DNA of 44,956 nt, taken from a virus. Lineage: Duplodnaviria > Caudoviricetes. Both the position numbers and the translations under genes were made by a program. This document shows positions 15,342-25,047 of the stretch, piece by piece; the first letter of the stretch is position 1, and each line of letters starts with the position of its first letter. Location: positions 1 to 44,956 of the IMG/VR virus record IMGVR_UViG_3300027744_000037; one strand, given 5' to 3'. The notes beneath the pieces are model-generated. The model was given only the letters and a program-made list of their open reading frames with translations. It had not been told where the DNA came from and made no database searches.

Positions 15342-15887
15342 TTACTCCTCAATAAATTTTTCAAGGCCCTTAGGTTTCTTTAGGGCATCTTTTTCTGCCT
15401 TTTTGGTTTTTCTGGCAACTTCATATGTCTCAATGAACTCTGAGATGTTTTCATATAGTTCGAATTGCCTTGTACTACCATCTTCACCTTCTAACATTTC
15501 GAATTCATCCAAAATACCATACAGTTCAGTGGCCTTATATTTGACGTATAGTTGTTTCTTTTCTTTTTGAATTCTGCGTAAGAATGCAAAGTAGATGATT
15601 TGGGTAAAATATGCAAATGGATTGGAAGACTTTGTTGGATCAAAGTTCTCAAAGTACATTAAACAATTCTCAATACCATCCGAAACCATTTCATCTCGGT
15701 AAGTATAGTTGATAAAGTTTGGTTTGTGGGATAATCCTTCGGCAATTTTCATCCAGCATTCACCGATGTAATTGGGAATTTTTGGTTTTGGTTTGTTGGC
15801 AGACTCGGACTCTACACATATGGCTTTGTAGTCTACCAGTGCAGCTAGGAAATCTTGATTGTTTATATAATGTTTTAGTTTACTCAT
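15342..15887 (-). CDS. gp55: late-transcription sigma factor
   Basis: YIGEC..KIAEGLSHKPNF, NPFAYFTQIIYFAFLRRIQKEK. Confidence 0.96.
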   Translation of the reverse strand: MSKLKHYINNQDFLAALVDYKAICVESESANKPKPKIPNYIGECWMKIAEGLSHKPNFINYTYRDEMVSDGIENCLMYFENFDPTKSSNPFAYFTQIIYFAFLRRIQKEKKQLYVKYKATELYGILDEFEMLEGEDGSTRQFELYENISEFIETYEVARKTKKAEKDALKKPKGLEKFIEE

Positions 15888-15909
15888 TCAAATGTACCAT
15901 AAAAAGTTG

Positions 15910-15938
15910 TTGACAAGGGGCTTGACATGTGATATAGT
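15910..15938 (+). promoter_or_regulatory. plus-strand (antisense-facing) sigma70-like promoter
   Basis: TTGACA(15910-15915)-17 nt-TATAGT(15933-15938) with extended -10 TG. Confidence 0.55.
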
Positions 15939-15971
15939 CCTCGGTGTCCCCTATGATGTTAATATTAAGAT

Positions 15972-16319
15972 TTAATGTAATAAGGATTTACCAATTTCCT
16001 TTTCTTCAAAAGCAGCCATGACTTCTTCATTCAGTTCCACTTCATTTTCTTTGCGAGTCTCATCTTTCAATTTAATCATTGCATTGATGTAATATTCCTC
16101 AAAGTCTTCTGTAGGTTCCATTGTAAACAAAACATCACTGGAAGATACTTCCACAGAATAACCTTTCATTACGGCCGCAGGTAACCATTGTTGCAGTACC
16201 AGATTCGTACCCCTAAGTTCGAATAACATGGGACTATCAATTATTAATTTATTATCTTTTTCAAAGATGCAATCACAGATTACATCTATACCGTCTTTGA
16301 GTCTTAAAAGTTTAACCAT
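15972..16319 (-). CDS. hypothetical protein (possibly Sm-like fold), between uvsW and gp55
   Basis: VKLLRLKDGIDVIC..QWLP; typical position in T4-like genomes. Confidence 0.7.
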   Translation of the reverse strand: MVKLLRLKDGIDVICDCIFEKDNKLIIDSPMLFELRGTNLVLQQWLPAAVMKGYSVEVSSSDVLFTMEPTEDFEEYYINAMIKLKDETRKENEVELNEEVMAAFEEKEIGKSLLH

Positions 16320-17802
16320 TTTTGAGTCCTATATTGTAAATTTTAAAAGAGAACTGCTCTTCATTATATATCTTCACTCTCTCCACGAAATGTTGCAGAG
16401 TAAAGTTCGTATGTTTTTTGATTCTGAGGTCATCTGCAATATCATATAGTGTGGCCATTTCTTTACCCTCATTCTGTCTTAGTCCTCGTCCAATGGATTG
16501 GAGGTTTCTGACTCTACTTTTACTAGGTGAAGCAAAAATAATGTTATGCAGATTCCGAATATTAATACCAGTACTAAAAGTACCAAAAGAAGCAACCACA
16601 ATAGCGTCATTTTCTGTCTCCATTATCTTACGAATTTCTTCTCTTATCTCTGTTTCAACATCACCATCAACAAAAAACACACTGCGGCCATTGGCCTTTT
16701 CTTTAACCATCTCACACAATAATTTACCGTGTTTCTTCATCTGAAACAATACCAGTGTATTCTTTTTCAAACTGATGGCCAAATTGCGTATGAAACGATT
16801 TCTATTTTCTGATTCCAACAAATACTTTAATTCATCCGGATAAGAAGAACTCTTCATTTCTTGGCATCTCTCATCTGGATGTTTAAGTATCAAACATTTT
16901 ATATTGAATGGTGATAGTTGTTTCTTATCAATAAGTTCTTTGGTGGTTATGACCTTTTTAGTTGGTCCAAACAAACCTTCCAGTACCAACTTATGTGTTT
17001 TGGTACCATCTAAAGTACCAGTAAGTCCAACTCTATACTTGGCATTAATACAGGCCGTCAATATAGATGTTAATGATTGTGCCTTAAATAGATGTGCTTC
17101 ATCTCCAATTACATACTTGAATTGATGGAAGTATTCTGATGGAAGTTTGTAAAGTGATTGCCAAGTGGAGATTGTGAGTTTCTTGTCCGTCACCTTATCT
17201 TTGCCTTGATAGATTCGGTGTACATTATCTTCAACATTGAATCCATTTGCACTAGAGTAATCTTCAAAGTCAGTATACAGTTGTTCTACCAGAGATGTTG
17301 TTGGTACAATAATTAAACCTTTGAGGTCTTGATATTGAAGCAGTTGTCGAAACAACAAGTATATTATTAATGATTTACCTGAAGCCGTTGGTGACAACAA
17401 CAGAGCTCTGCGTTTCTGCATGGCCTCAATAAAAGCGTTTTGTTGATGTTCTCTGACAACAATAGGTTTGTCTTTTGAATGTAGGTCTAATGTATCAAAG
17501 AATTTTTGTGCATGATACACCGAATACTCATCTTCAATTATGTTGTGTGAGTATGCATATTCACGTTCTTCACAGAATTCGGTAAGATATGGAACAAGTC
17601 CAAGATACAATTGACTGGTTTGTAGATTGAATAGACGAATCTTACCGTCCCAGATTCGATTCCGATAGGCTGGAACGAACTGATAACCAGGTACAAAGAA
17701 CGTGAAGTACTCCGATAATTCCTGTGCAACGTGGCGTTCACACTCCACTTTGCCGTAGACTTCGTTTACTTTGTATATTGTAATGTGTTCACTTGTTTCC
17801 AT
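16312..17802 (-). CDS. uvsW: UvsW DNA/RNA helicase
   Basis: WDGKIRLF, SPTASGKS, DEAH, TGT, QSIGRGLR. Confidence 0.96.
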   Translation of the reverse strand: METSEHITIYKVNEVYGKVECERHVAQELSEYFTFFVPGYQFVPAYRNRIWDGKIRLFNLQTSQLYLGLVPYLTEFCEEREYAYSHNIIEDEYSVYHAQKFFDTLDLHSKDKPIVVREHQQNAFIEAMQKRRALLLSPTASGKSLIIYLLFRQLLQYQDLKGLIIVPTTSLVEQLYTDFEDYSSANGFNVEDNVHRIYQGKDKVTDKKLTISTWQSLYKLPSEYFHQFKYVIGDEAHLFKAQSLTSILTACINAKYRVGLTGTLDGTKTHKLVLEGLFGPTKKVITTKELIDKKQLSPFNIKCLILKHPDERCQEMKSSSYPDELKYLLESENRNRFIRNLAISLKKNTLVLFQMKKHGKLLCEMVKEKANGRSVFFVDGDVETEIREEIRKIMETENDAIVVASFGTFSTGINIRNLHNIIFASPSKSRVRNLQSIGRGLRQNEGKEMATLYDIADDLRIKKHTNFTLQHFVERVKIYNEEQFSFKIYNIGLKNG

Positions 17803-17977
17803 ATTTTTTTCTATAATCTAATTCTTCTTGAAACCACATAACCAAACTTCTCTGGTCATAATTTCCTGGTTTGGTTGCCCATACCAAGTAAGAATCTGGT
17901 AAATTTTTAATGAACATACCTTTATGTTTACCCCAAGGCATCTTAGTATATCTTCTGGATTCATGGTCTTTGTTCAT
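17789..17977 (-). CDS. small protein with DUF3820 / ExoX C-terminal-like motif
   Basis: MPWGKHKG..LPDSYLVW; ATGA coupling to uvsY. Confidence 0.7.
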   Translation of the reverse strand: MNKDHESRRYTKMPWGKHKGMFIKNLPDSYLVWATKPGNYDQRSLVMWFQEELDYRKKYGNK

Positions 17978-18408
17978 TGGCCACCTATAAATTTTTCCCA
18001 AGAAATAAAATCTCTTAACTGCCATGTTCTTTGTTTAAGTTCAGACATAATTGATTCAACCACAGATGTAACTTCTTCATGGTATACTTTCTTTTCAAGC
18101 AACTTGATGAGGTCTTTGTCTGCTTCTAGGTAGGTGTTGATATCAGACTTGAGTGTAAATTGAAATGGTTCCCAACCATAATCGTTCAACTCATCTTCTG
18201 TTAGTTTACCAGTAAAGTATTCCCATTTCACCTTACGCATACGCAAGTAATCAAAGTGGGCTTTTTTGGACGCAATCTTATGCTTGGTTAAAATACCAAG
18301 ATACTTGCTGTGATATTTGGGAATGTTTAATAATTCTTTAGATGGCTCGGTTTGGTCTATGACCGCATCGTTTTCCCACATCTTTAAAATCTGTTCAAGT
18401 GTTTCCAT
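17974..18408 (-). CDS. uvsY: recombination mediator UvsY
   Basis: MWENDAVID, IPKYHSKY, YLEADKD, WEKFIGG. Confidence 0.92.
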   Translation of the reverse strand: METLEQILKMWENDAVIDQTEPSKELLNIPKYHSKYLGILTKHKIASKKAHFDYLRMRKVKWEYFTGKLTEDELNDYGWEPFQFTLKSDINTYLEADKDLIKLLEKKVYHEEVTSVVESIMSELKQRTWQLRDFISWEKFIGGQ

Positions 18409-18485
18409 ATCTATTCATCTATCTATTCAAATAACAAAATCTTTTTTAAAATCAACAACTTAATGTTGTTTTATCTATTCAAAAC

Positions 18486-18514
18486 ATTATAACACAAAAT
18501 GATTACACTGTCAA
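18486..18514 (-). promoter_or_regulatory. consensus sigma70 promoter for uvsY-uvsW
   Basis: TTGACA(18509-18514)-17 nt-TATAAT(18486-18491), extended -10 TG. Confidence 0.85.
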
Positions 18515-19015
18515 GTAGGTATACGATTGATATCTAAATGTTGCCGTTGCGGTCAATATTGTATCGGCCGACTGTGTAGAATCAAAATTAATATCAGTAA
18601 TACTTAAAGGGAAAACATTTACATATTGTATTCTAAGCAAAGGATTATTCAATCCACTTAATATGGTTAAAGTGGCATCTGAGAAATGTTTATTCGTTTG
18701 TAGTTCTTTGCTACCACCACGTTTCTCAAATCCATTCGGATCGGCCATGGTAAGAAACCAATCATACAAATTTTTCCAACCTTGCAATTCTTCATCCAGT
18801 ATAAACTCTACAGTTAACGGATCGTATGTCAATTTGGTACCAGGAGAATACATGTCCAAAAATGGTGTTGCTCTGTTTACTTCACCCAATGTTACACCAG
18901 GTAAATTAACTGATTGACAAAAATACTGTGTAGTTCTGACTCTATCAAACGTTAATAGAAATTTGGTTGGTTGTAATAAGTTTGTATTCTGCGGACTTCT
19001 GTTTATTGCTGTCAT
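18503..19015 (-). CDS. gp3: tail completion / tube terminator protein
   Basis: YFCQSVNLPG, PGTKLTYDPL..FILDE, SDATL, FPLS. Confidence 0.88.
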   Translation of the reverse strand: MTAINRSPQNTNLLQPTKFLLTFDRVRTTQYFCQSVNLPGVTLGEVNRATPFLDMYSPGTKLTYDPLTVEFILDEELQGWKNLYDWFLTMADPNGFEKRGGSKELQTNKHFSDATLTILSGLNNPLLRIQYVNVFPLSITDINFDSTQSADTILTATATFRYQSYTYLTV

Positions 19016-19033
19016 GTTATCTCCCTCTATCAG

Positions 19034-19040
19034 TATTTAG
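19034..19040 (-). promoter_or_regulatory. late promoter-like box upstream of gp3
   Basis: CTAAATA. Confidence 0.55.
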
Positions 19041-19045
19041 GAGCC

Positions 19046-19074
19046 AAAAAAAAGACCACCCGAAGGTGGTCTTT
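19046..19074 (-). terminator. intrinsic terminator after gp23
   Basis: AAAGACCACC-TTCG-GGTGGTCTTT followed by a U tract. Confidence 0.92.
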
Positions 19075-19102
19075 AAGTATCACTCTGAGGTGACTCTTTA
19101 TC

Positions 19103-20434
19103 TTACATCAAGTTTTTAACTTGGAAGATACGGTAGTAGACGTTTGAACGTGAGTTCAATGCGCCGTTGCCGGCACTCAAACCAGTTGCGAATGGGTTTG
19201 CAACCATGCCGTAACGTGTTTTGAATCCAATTTTTGGTTGGAATGTGTACTGGTCAATTGCACGAACCATTTGCAATGGAACGTAAGGGCAGTAGAAAAT
19301 ACCTGCGTCATAAGGTGATGAACCTTTGTAACCGATTGTAACCAATTCTTGGTTAGATGTGTAACCACCAAAGTAAGGGTCGATGTATACTTTGATACGG
19401 CCATGCAACAAACCTGCAAAGGTATTACCTGTATCGTCAACTTGCAAGTCAGCAGACAAGTTTGGAGTGTATTGCAACACACCAGACATTGCCATTGCGG
19501 AAGCAACGTCAGATGATACAATCATCACGTTACCTTTGCCACGACGAGTTTGTTTTGCGATAACGTTTGCATCACGTTCAATTTGGAAAATCAAACCTTT
19601 GAAACGTTCAACTGACCAACGACCGTTAGAGTCTGTATCTAAGTCGAAAATACCAGCAGAAGTAGTACCGTATTGAGCACCCGCAACAGCACAAGTGTAA
19701 ATTGTACGGATAACTTCACGGTTAATCTCAGCAAGAATTTCTGTAGACAGAATGTTTGACAATTCTGTTTCTGCGTCCAAGCCATGAATTGCTTTCAAGT
19801 CTTGTGCTAGTTCTAGTGAGTATTCGGCTTTCAATGCACGGCTTTGTGCAGTAACAGTAACTTTCTCGATTGAGAATGCCATTTGTTTGAAAGGACTATC
19901 TGTGTCAGCACCTAATGCTTCAGCAGTTGCTGTTGGCATGCCGATACCAGTTGTGTAAGCGTTAGCAGTCAAGTCACCAACAGGTGTCGTTAGAACGTCT
20001 GTTGCGTTGTTACCACGGAAACCGTATGGGTTAGACGTAGATATTGCACCAGAGAATTCTGTATTTGCTTCGTTGAAGAAAGATTCTGAACCACCTTGTG
20101 TGTTGTACTTAGCACGCATTGCAAAGATTAGACCAGTAGGTCCAGTCATTGGTTGAACGCCTGCAACATCATAAGCAATCAAGTTAGGCAATGCACGGCG
20201 AACCAAACTAATTAAGATTGGATCGTAGTTAGAGATGCTACCACCTGTAACGTTTGTTGGTGCAGAAGATACGGCAGTTTCATTCAACTGTCCTGCTGCT
20301 GCGGCCATTTCACGTTGTTGGTTTTCCAAAACAAGTGCTGTAACAGCTTTCTTGTATGGGTCTTTAATGGCTTCCAGGCCTGCATGTTCTAGGACTGGAG
20401 CCCATTTTTTTTGTAATTCTTCTGTTAGATACAT
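19103..20434 (-). CDS. gp23: major capsid protein
   Basis: GVQPMTGPTGLIFAMR, SRALKAEYSLELAQDLKAIHGLDAETEL, FQPKIGFKTRYG. Confidence 0.99.
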   Translation of the reverse strand: MYLTEELQKKWAPVLEHAGLEAIKDPYKKAVTALVLENQQREMAAAAGQLNETAVSSAPTNVTGGSISNYDPILISLVRRALPNLIAYDVAGVQPMTGPTGLIFAMRAKYNTQGGSESFFNEANTEFSGAISTSNPYGFRGNNATDVLTTPVGDLTANAYTTGIGMPTATAEALGADTDSPFKQMAFSIEKVTVTAQSRALKAEYSLELAQDLKAIHGLDAETELSNILSTEILAEINREVIRTIYTCAVAGAQYGTTSAGIFDLDTDSNGRWSVERFKGLIFQIERDANVIAKQTRRGKGNVMIVSSDVASAMAMSGVLQYTPNLSADLQVDDTGNTFAGLLHGRIKVYIDPYFGGYTSNQELVTIGYKGSSPYDAGIFYCPYVPLQMVRAIDQYTFQPKIGFKTRYGMVANPFATGLSAGNGALNSRSNVYYRIFQVKNLM

Positions 20435-20476
20435 TTAGTATTCTCCTTGTAAGTATCTTTTATTGGTAAAGTTTAT

Positions 20477-21730
20477 TTATTTAACCAATGATTTAGAGAT
20501 GATTTGTGCGTACTGAGCGATTGCAGGATCAATTGCAGCCGATGGCTTCTTTTCATCCTCAACTTCTACAGCTTCATGTAGAGCAGAACTAACTGGTGCT
20601 TTAACTGATGATTGGAAGTATGAATCTACCAATGTTTCCAGTTTTTGACCAAATTCTTCTTCAGTAGTAAACTCAACAGTCTCTGCGAGTGCTTTTAGTT
20701 TTTCTACTTGTGTCTGCGTCAGGCCTTCACATACTGCATGTATAGCCTCTGTCTTTTTAAATTCATTAATTTGTTTACTCATTTCAACATTACGTGAAAT
20801 TTCTTCGTTGATAGTGTATTCCAAATCTTCAACCTTAGTAGTCAATTCTTCCACAACGTCCACTTTTTCATCTGGAATGTCAATGTAGTGTTCTTCGAAT
20901 AGACCTTTTAGACCACGAATGAAATCTTCAACGATTTCAGAACGTAGACCTTTTTCGATTGCCAATTGGTTTTCTTTGAACCATTCTTCAGCCATGTAGT
21001 TGATGTAATCATCTAACTTTTGTGCCAAATCTTCTTTGACTGTTTCAACAGCCACTTCAAATTCTTCGTACAATGCTTCTTCAACTTCTTCCATAATGGA
21101 TTGTGAACGAGCAACAACGGCTGCTTCAAAAATTGTGGTAGCTCTTGATTTGAATTCTTCAGAAAGATTTTCACCTGAAAGTAATGCACCTACATCTTGG
21201 TCCATTTGTTCTTTCATTTTTTGTTTCTTCATCATAGCTTTAATCATTTTTTTGTCTTCCGCTGAATCTTCATGCGCTTCTGCAACAACGTCATCATCTT
21301 CTTCAGCTTCTTCGTTTGCATAAGATTGGAATGTGGCACCTGGATTTGCTTGCATCATTTGTGGTGCAAGTTTGGCCTTGATGCGGTCACGAATTGCGTT
21401 GTAGTCTGTTGCAGCAGCTTGAACTGCTTTGTGTTCAGAACCTTGTGAGTCAGCAGGACCAGACAACTTCTGTGCAGGCATTGAACCAATTGGTGGTGTT
21501 GCACCTGGAGGTGTTGCAGTTGGTGTACCTTTTGTGTAATCACCAGTTTCGTCATCAGTTTTCTTGATTTCACCAGCAACTTCACCAACGTCTTTTGTGC
21601 CATAAGCAACAGATGTAGGTAGTCTAGATGGACCTTCTTTGTGGCCACGAGCTACAGAAGCTTCAAAGTTTTCTTTTGCGCCTTCTGTAAGAATTGATTT
21701 AGCGGCGTCTGTCAGATTAAATTTTCCCAT
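20477..21730 (-). CDS. gp22: prohead core scaffolding protein
   Basis: LSEEFKSRATTIFEAAV, acidic coiled coil; between gp21 and gp23. Confidence 0.93.
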   Translation of the reverse strand: MGKFNLTDAAKSILTEGAKENFEASVARGHKEGPSRLPTSVAYGTKDVGEVAGEIKKTDDETGDYTKGTPTATPPGATPPIGSMPAQKLSGPADSQGSEHKAVQAAATDYNAIRDRIKAKLAPQMMQANPGATFQSYANEEAEEDDDVVAEAHEDSAEDKKMIKAMMKKQKMKEQMDQDVGALLSGENLSEEFKSRATTIFEAAVVARSQSIMEEVEEALYEEFEVAVETVKEDLAQKLDDYINYMAEEWFKENQLAIEKGLRSEIVEDFIRGLKGLFEEHYIDIPDEKVDVVEELTTKVEDLEYTINEEISRNVEMSKQINEFKKTEAIHAVCEGLTQTQVEKLKALAETVEFTTEEEFGQKLETLVDSYFQSSVKAPVSSALHEAVEVEDEKKPSAAIDPAIAQYAQIISKSLVK

Positions 21731-21757
21731 TTTGAGAATCTCCTTGATTTATATTGG

Positions 21758-21765
21758 TATTTATA
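21758..21765 (-). promoter_or_regulatory. T4-type late promoter
   Basis: TATAAATA upstream of gp22. Confidence 0.75.
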
Positions 21766-21766
21766 T

Positions 21767-22411
21767 TTAAAGTTTTTTAAGGAAGTTTTCAAAGATTTTT
21801 AAGCTTACGGCTTCAATCTCTTTGCTAGATGCTTGCTTAATTTCTTGCTTTGCAACATCATTTTGTTGTTCGGTCCATATACCGTTAACCAACATCCATT
21901 CCTTACCTTCCATAATGCCTTGTACGAAAGCACCCGGTGCAGAAGGATCTGCTACAATATCTGCCGCTGTGGCCAGATGAAAGTCTCCTTGAACGACATT
22001 GATGCCGTTTTCCATTTTAAGAGAACCCATACCTCTTGATGACACACCTAGTTGTGCGCCACCTTCAATAAGATTTCTTGCAATGTTACCCATAGGGGTT
22101 TCAAGAATTTTTGCTTTGCCTATCCAAGCATTTCCTTCTTGACGTAGACCAACAATTAAATGTGATACACGATCAAGATTAATAGATGGGGTGTCTGGAT
22201 GTCCCAGTTCACCAAAGGCACGATTTTTATTAATGTATTCTTCGCTGTAACGATTAACTTCATTACGCATGGTTTGTTCTTTATACATGCGTTTGTTTTT
22301 ATTAACGGCTTCTGCAACTAGAAACGGACCTTCAATGAAAAGAGTTTTCTTTCCATCTTTTTCTTCCGTTAAGTACTGTACTGATTCGCTAAGTTCTCTA
22401 ATAAGTTTCAT
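21767..22411 (-). CDS. gp21: prohead protease
   Basis: GELGHP, GVSSRGMGS, DIVADPSAP. Confidence 0.97.
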   Translation of the reverse strand: MKLIRELSESVQYLTEEKDGKKTLFIEGPFLVAEAVNKNKRMYKEQTMRNEVNRYSEEYINKNRAFGELGHPDTPSINLDRVSHLIVGLRQEGNAWIGKAKILETPMGNIARNLIEGGAQLGVSSRGMGSLKMENGINVVQGDFHLATAADIVADPSAPGAFVQGIMEGKEWMLVNGIWTEQQNDVAKQEIKQASSKEIEAVSLKIFENFLKKL

Positions 22412-22425
22412 TGTAGTCTTTCTGA

Positions 22426-22950
22426 TTAAGGTCTCAAACCGAATGCACCATAATTAAATGCGGCTGGATCACTCAATTGACCACGTTGATAGTGTTCGTT
22501 ATCTTTACGCAATTCTAAAACCATTGTATAACTATCATTTGCGGCCATGCCTCTGGTAATCACACCAATATCACCTTTGCAACCTGTTGTATCTTTTGCA
22601 TTATTTGGTATTGTTACCCAGTTACCAGCAGAATCATATTCTCCGTTACCGTTCATAACAAATAAAGGCATTGGTGTTGCTGCATTCCAAGATAATGTTA
22701 CATCACCACCTGCAGCACAATCATACCATAAACGATATAAAGATAAACCATAAAAACTTGAGGCACCAGTATTAGCGGCACTGGTAAGTAAATTGCCTTT
22801 AGATGTATCCATTGCACCATATAATGTGTTTGCTTGAATACGCACAGCATTTGCTTCTTGTCCACTTGAACCATCAAACGATCCGGTTAATTTAATAACC
22901 ACATGTTCTGTAGTATCTTTTATTACTTGATATGTAAATGAATTTGCCAT
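22426..22950 (-). CDS. hypothetical virion-module protein
   Basis: 174 aa ORF with SD and its own late promoter; between portal and protease. Confidence 0.8.
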   Translation of the reverse strand: MANSFTYQVIKDTTEHVVIKLTGSFDGSSGQEANAVRIQANTLYGAMDTSKGNLLTSAANTGASSFYGLSLYRLWYDCAAGGDVTLSWNAATPMPLFVMNGNGEYDSAGNWVTIPNNAKDTTGCKGDIGVITRGMAANDSYTMVLELRKDNEHYQRGQLSDPAAFNYGAFGLRP

Positions 22951-22977
22951 TTGTAATTCCTGTTATTGTTTGAATAA

Positions 22978-22985
22978 TATTTATA
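22978..22985 (-). promoter_or_regulatory. T4-type late promoter
   Basis: TATAAATA. Confidence 0.7.
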
Positions 22986-22999
22986 CCAATGCGTCAAAA

Positions 23000-23212
23000 T
23001 TAAGTTTCACTTGGTTCCGCTGCATAGAGAACTTCATCTTCAGCAGTTGCACCTTCTGTATCTTCTGGATTCATTAATTGTTTTGCAACTTCAACTTTAT
23101 GTGTCTCAATATGAGCTCTAACTCTATCATGTAGTGCAGAGTATAATGCGTTACGCATTTCAATTGCGTTGTCTGTTTCTGCGTAGTCTACGATTTGTCT
23201 TGATGTTTCCAT
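23000..23212 (-). CDS. small acidic prohead core protein (gp67 position)
   Basis: 70 aa with acidic tail, directly after the portal gene, AGGAG SD. Confidence 0.65.
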   Translation of the reverse strand: METSRQIVDYAETDNAIEMRNALYSALHDRVRAHIETHKVEVAKQLMNPEDTEGATAEDEVLYAAEPSET

Positions 23213-23224
23213 GTTATCTCCTAA

Positions 23225-24985
23225 TTATAAAATGCGTTTCAATCTGGTAAATGTTGTCTCAACTTCTTCTAAGCTGAGGTCACCTTTAACTGATTTTGAA
23301 CCACTGGAACTTTTCGATTTACTTTTTGCTGGTGCCGATTTTGAAGAACCACCACCAGAACTACCGCCGCCAGAATCACCGGCCGCAGCAGGATCAGGCA
23401 TCAATTCTGATTGCTGTACCATTTGATCGGTCTGAACTTGTGCTGCCATTTGTTGTGAAGCAATATCATTTGTTACAGACACTGGCAATCCAAGTCCATC
23501 TTCTTTCTCTTTGTCTATCTCTTTTTGCATCAGAGTAATTTCATCATCAGTCAAACGCAATACGTTTTGTTGAATCCAATTTTGTGAGAAATAACGACCT
23601 GTATATGGATCAACTGATTGTAATAGTGTCAATCTTTGAGTCATCAATTCAGCTTCTTTTAATTCTGAGAAGTTATTATCTTTGATGTAATCATAATGTA
23701 TATCTTCTTTAAATAAATCCCATTCTTCGTCTGTACAGATACCTTTTAATACACACTGCACACGCAATGCTTGATTAAACACTTCTGAAAATTTGTTACG
23801 TAGTCTATCAACAAACTTAGAAAACTTTAGTTCATCACGGGTAATTTCTGATGAACGGCCAAGTGAGAACCCTTGATTAGGTTCTAACCTGGAGATTGGA
23901 ACACATAAGGCACCATATAGTTTCTTCTGAAAGTATTTAACGTCTTCCAGCTCACCTAGGTTCTGTCCACCTGGTAGTGTGGTAATCTCTGTGCCTTTGC
24001 CACCTTCTCTACGTGGTAACCAAAAGTCTTCCATCATAGACATGAATTTACGGTCATCACGAACTTCACCTGTATTGGCATCATAGACAAGTTTGTTTTT
24101 ATACTTGACCATAATGTCACGCAGGTATTGTTCTGCTTTTAACTTTGGTAAGTTACCAACGTCAATGTAAAAGATTCTACGTTCTGGTGCTCTTGAGATA
24201 CGGTAGATGACTGTTGCATCCTCTATCATACGTAATTGATTGAGAGGCTTAATTGCTTTATGTAGATAACTCAGAACAACCGCACGGCGAGAGTCCATAA
24301 GGCCAGACACCACCGAAATGATAGAGTCTGTTGTGATGCGAACACCAACAGGACCAAAATTGGATGCACTACCGCTAACAACCTTGTCGTTGTAGATGTA
24401 GTATTCGTTTACTGGCTGCATAAGGTCTGCACCAGTTCTTTCGTCTTTTTGTTTCTTCATTTCACGAACCTTACGTAATCTACGTGGGTCGATGTAACGA
24501 AGTTCTTTAATACCTTCTTGTGGTTTCTCACGGTCAATAATCATGTGATAGTACATTCTACCATCCACATAATAACGGCGGAAAATATCTTGAGCCATAT
24601 TCTTATAACTCAATAAACGTAAGATGTTATTGAATTCTTCTTTGATGGCTTTCTTAATCTTATCGTTAATTTTCAAATCATCTAAAACGATTTGTGTTAT
24701 TTTACCATCATCGTCTTGTACAATGGCTTCATTAACTATATCATCTATCGCAGATTCAATTTCAGGTTGCATTGCCATTTCACGATAACGAGAAATAAGT
24801 TCTACCTCATTTTTTGCGGTACCGTCAAGGTCAACATAAGTGCCGTAGTATGCGGCAGATGTAATAGTTAATGCCCCATCATCTTGCGTTGGAGGCGCAA
24901 ATGACTGCTGGCCAAGGCCTTCTTCCTCATCCTTTTGACGAGAGATTGTAAAGCCAAATAGTGAAAATTTGTTGTTGTTTGCCAT
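23225..24985 (-). CDS. gp20: portal protein
   Basis: YRISRAPERRIFYIDVGNLPK, EDFWLPRREGGKGTEITTLPGG. Confidence 0.98.
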   Translation of the reverse strand: MANNNKFSLFGFTISRQKDEEEGLGQQSFAPPTQDDGALTITSAAYYGTYVDLDGTAKNEVELISRYREMAMQPEIESAIDDIVNEAIVQDDDGKITQIVLDDLKINDKIKKAIKEEFNNILRLLSYKNMAQDIFRRYYVDGRMYYHMIIDREKPQEGIKELRYIDPRRLRKVREMKKQKDERTGADLMQPVNEYYIYNDKVVSGSASNFGPVGVRITTDSIISVVSGLMDSRRAVVLSYLHKAIKPLNQLRMIEDATVIYRISRAPERRIFYIDVGNLPKLKAEQYLRDIMVKYKNKLVYDANTGEVRDDRKFMSMMEDFWLPRREGGKGTEITTLPGGQNLGELEDVKYFQKKLYGALCVPISRLEPNQGFSLGRSSEITRDELKFSKFVDRLRNKFSEVFNQALRVQCVLKGICTDEEWDLFKEDIHYDYIKDNNFSELKEAELMTQRLTLLQSVDPYTGRYFSQNWIQQNVLRLTDDEITLMQKEIDKEKEDGLGLPVSVTNDIASQQMAAQVQTDQMVQQSELMPDPAAAGDSGGGSSGGGSSKSAPAKSKSKSSSGSKSVKGDLSLEEVETTFTRLKRIL

Positions 24986-25008
24986 ATTTTGTGTGTAATT
25001 ATAAAATC

Positions 25009-25040
25009 AAAAAAACATGGGAGACCCTATTGGGCCTCCC
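25009..25040 (-). terminator. intrinsic terminator after gp19
   Basis: GGGAGGCCC-AATA-GGGTCTCCC, then ATG and seven Ts. Confidence 0.75.
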
Positions 25041-25047
25041 GCATATA

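Noticed and set aside
23225-23420. Ser/Gly/Lys-rich portal C-terminal tail as a novel domain
   Set aside because: Variable low-complexity tails are common on T4-like portal proteins.
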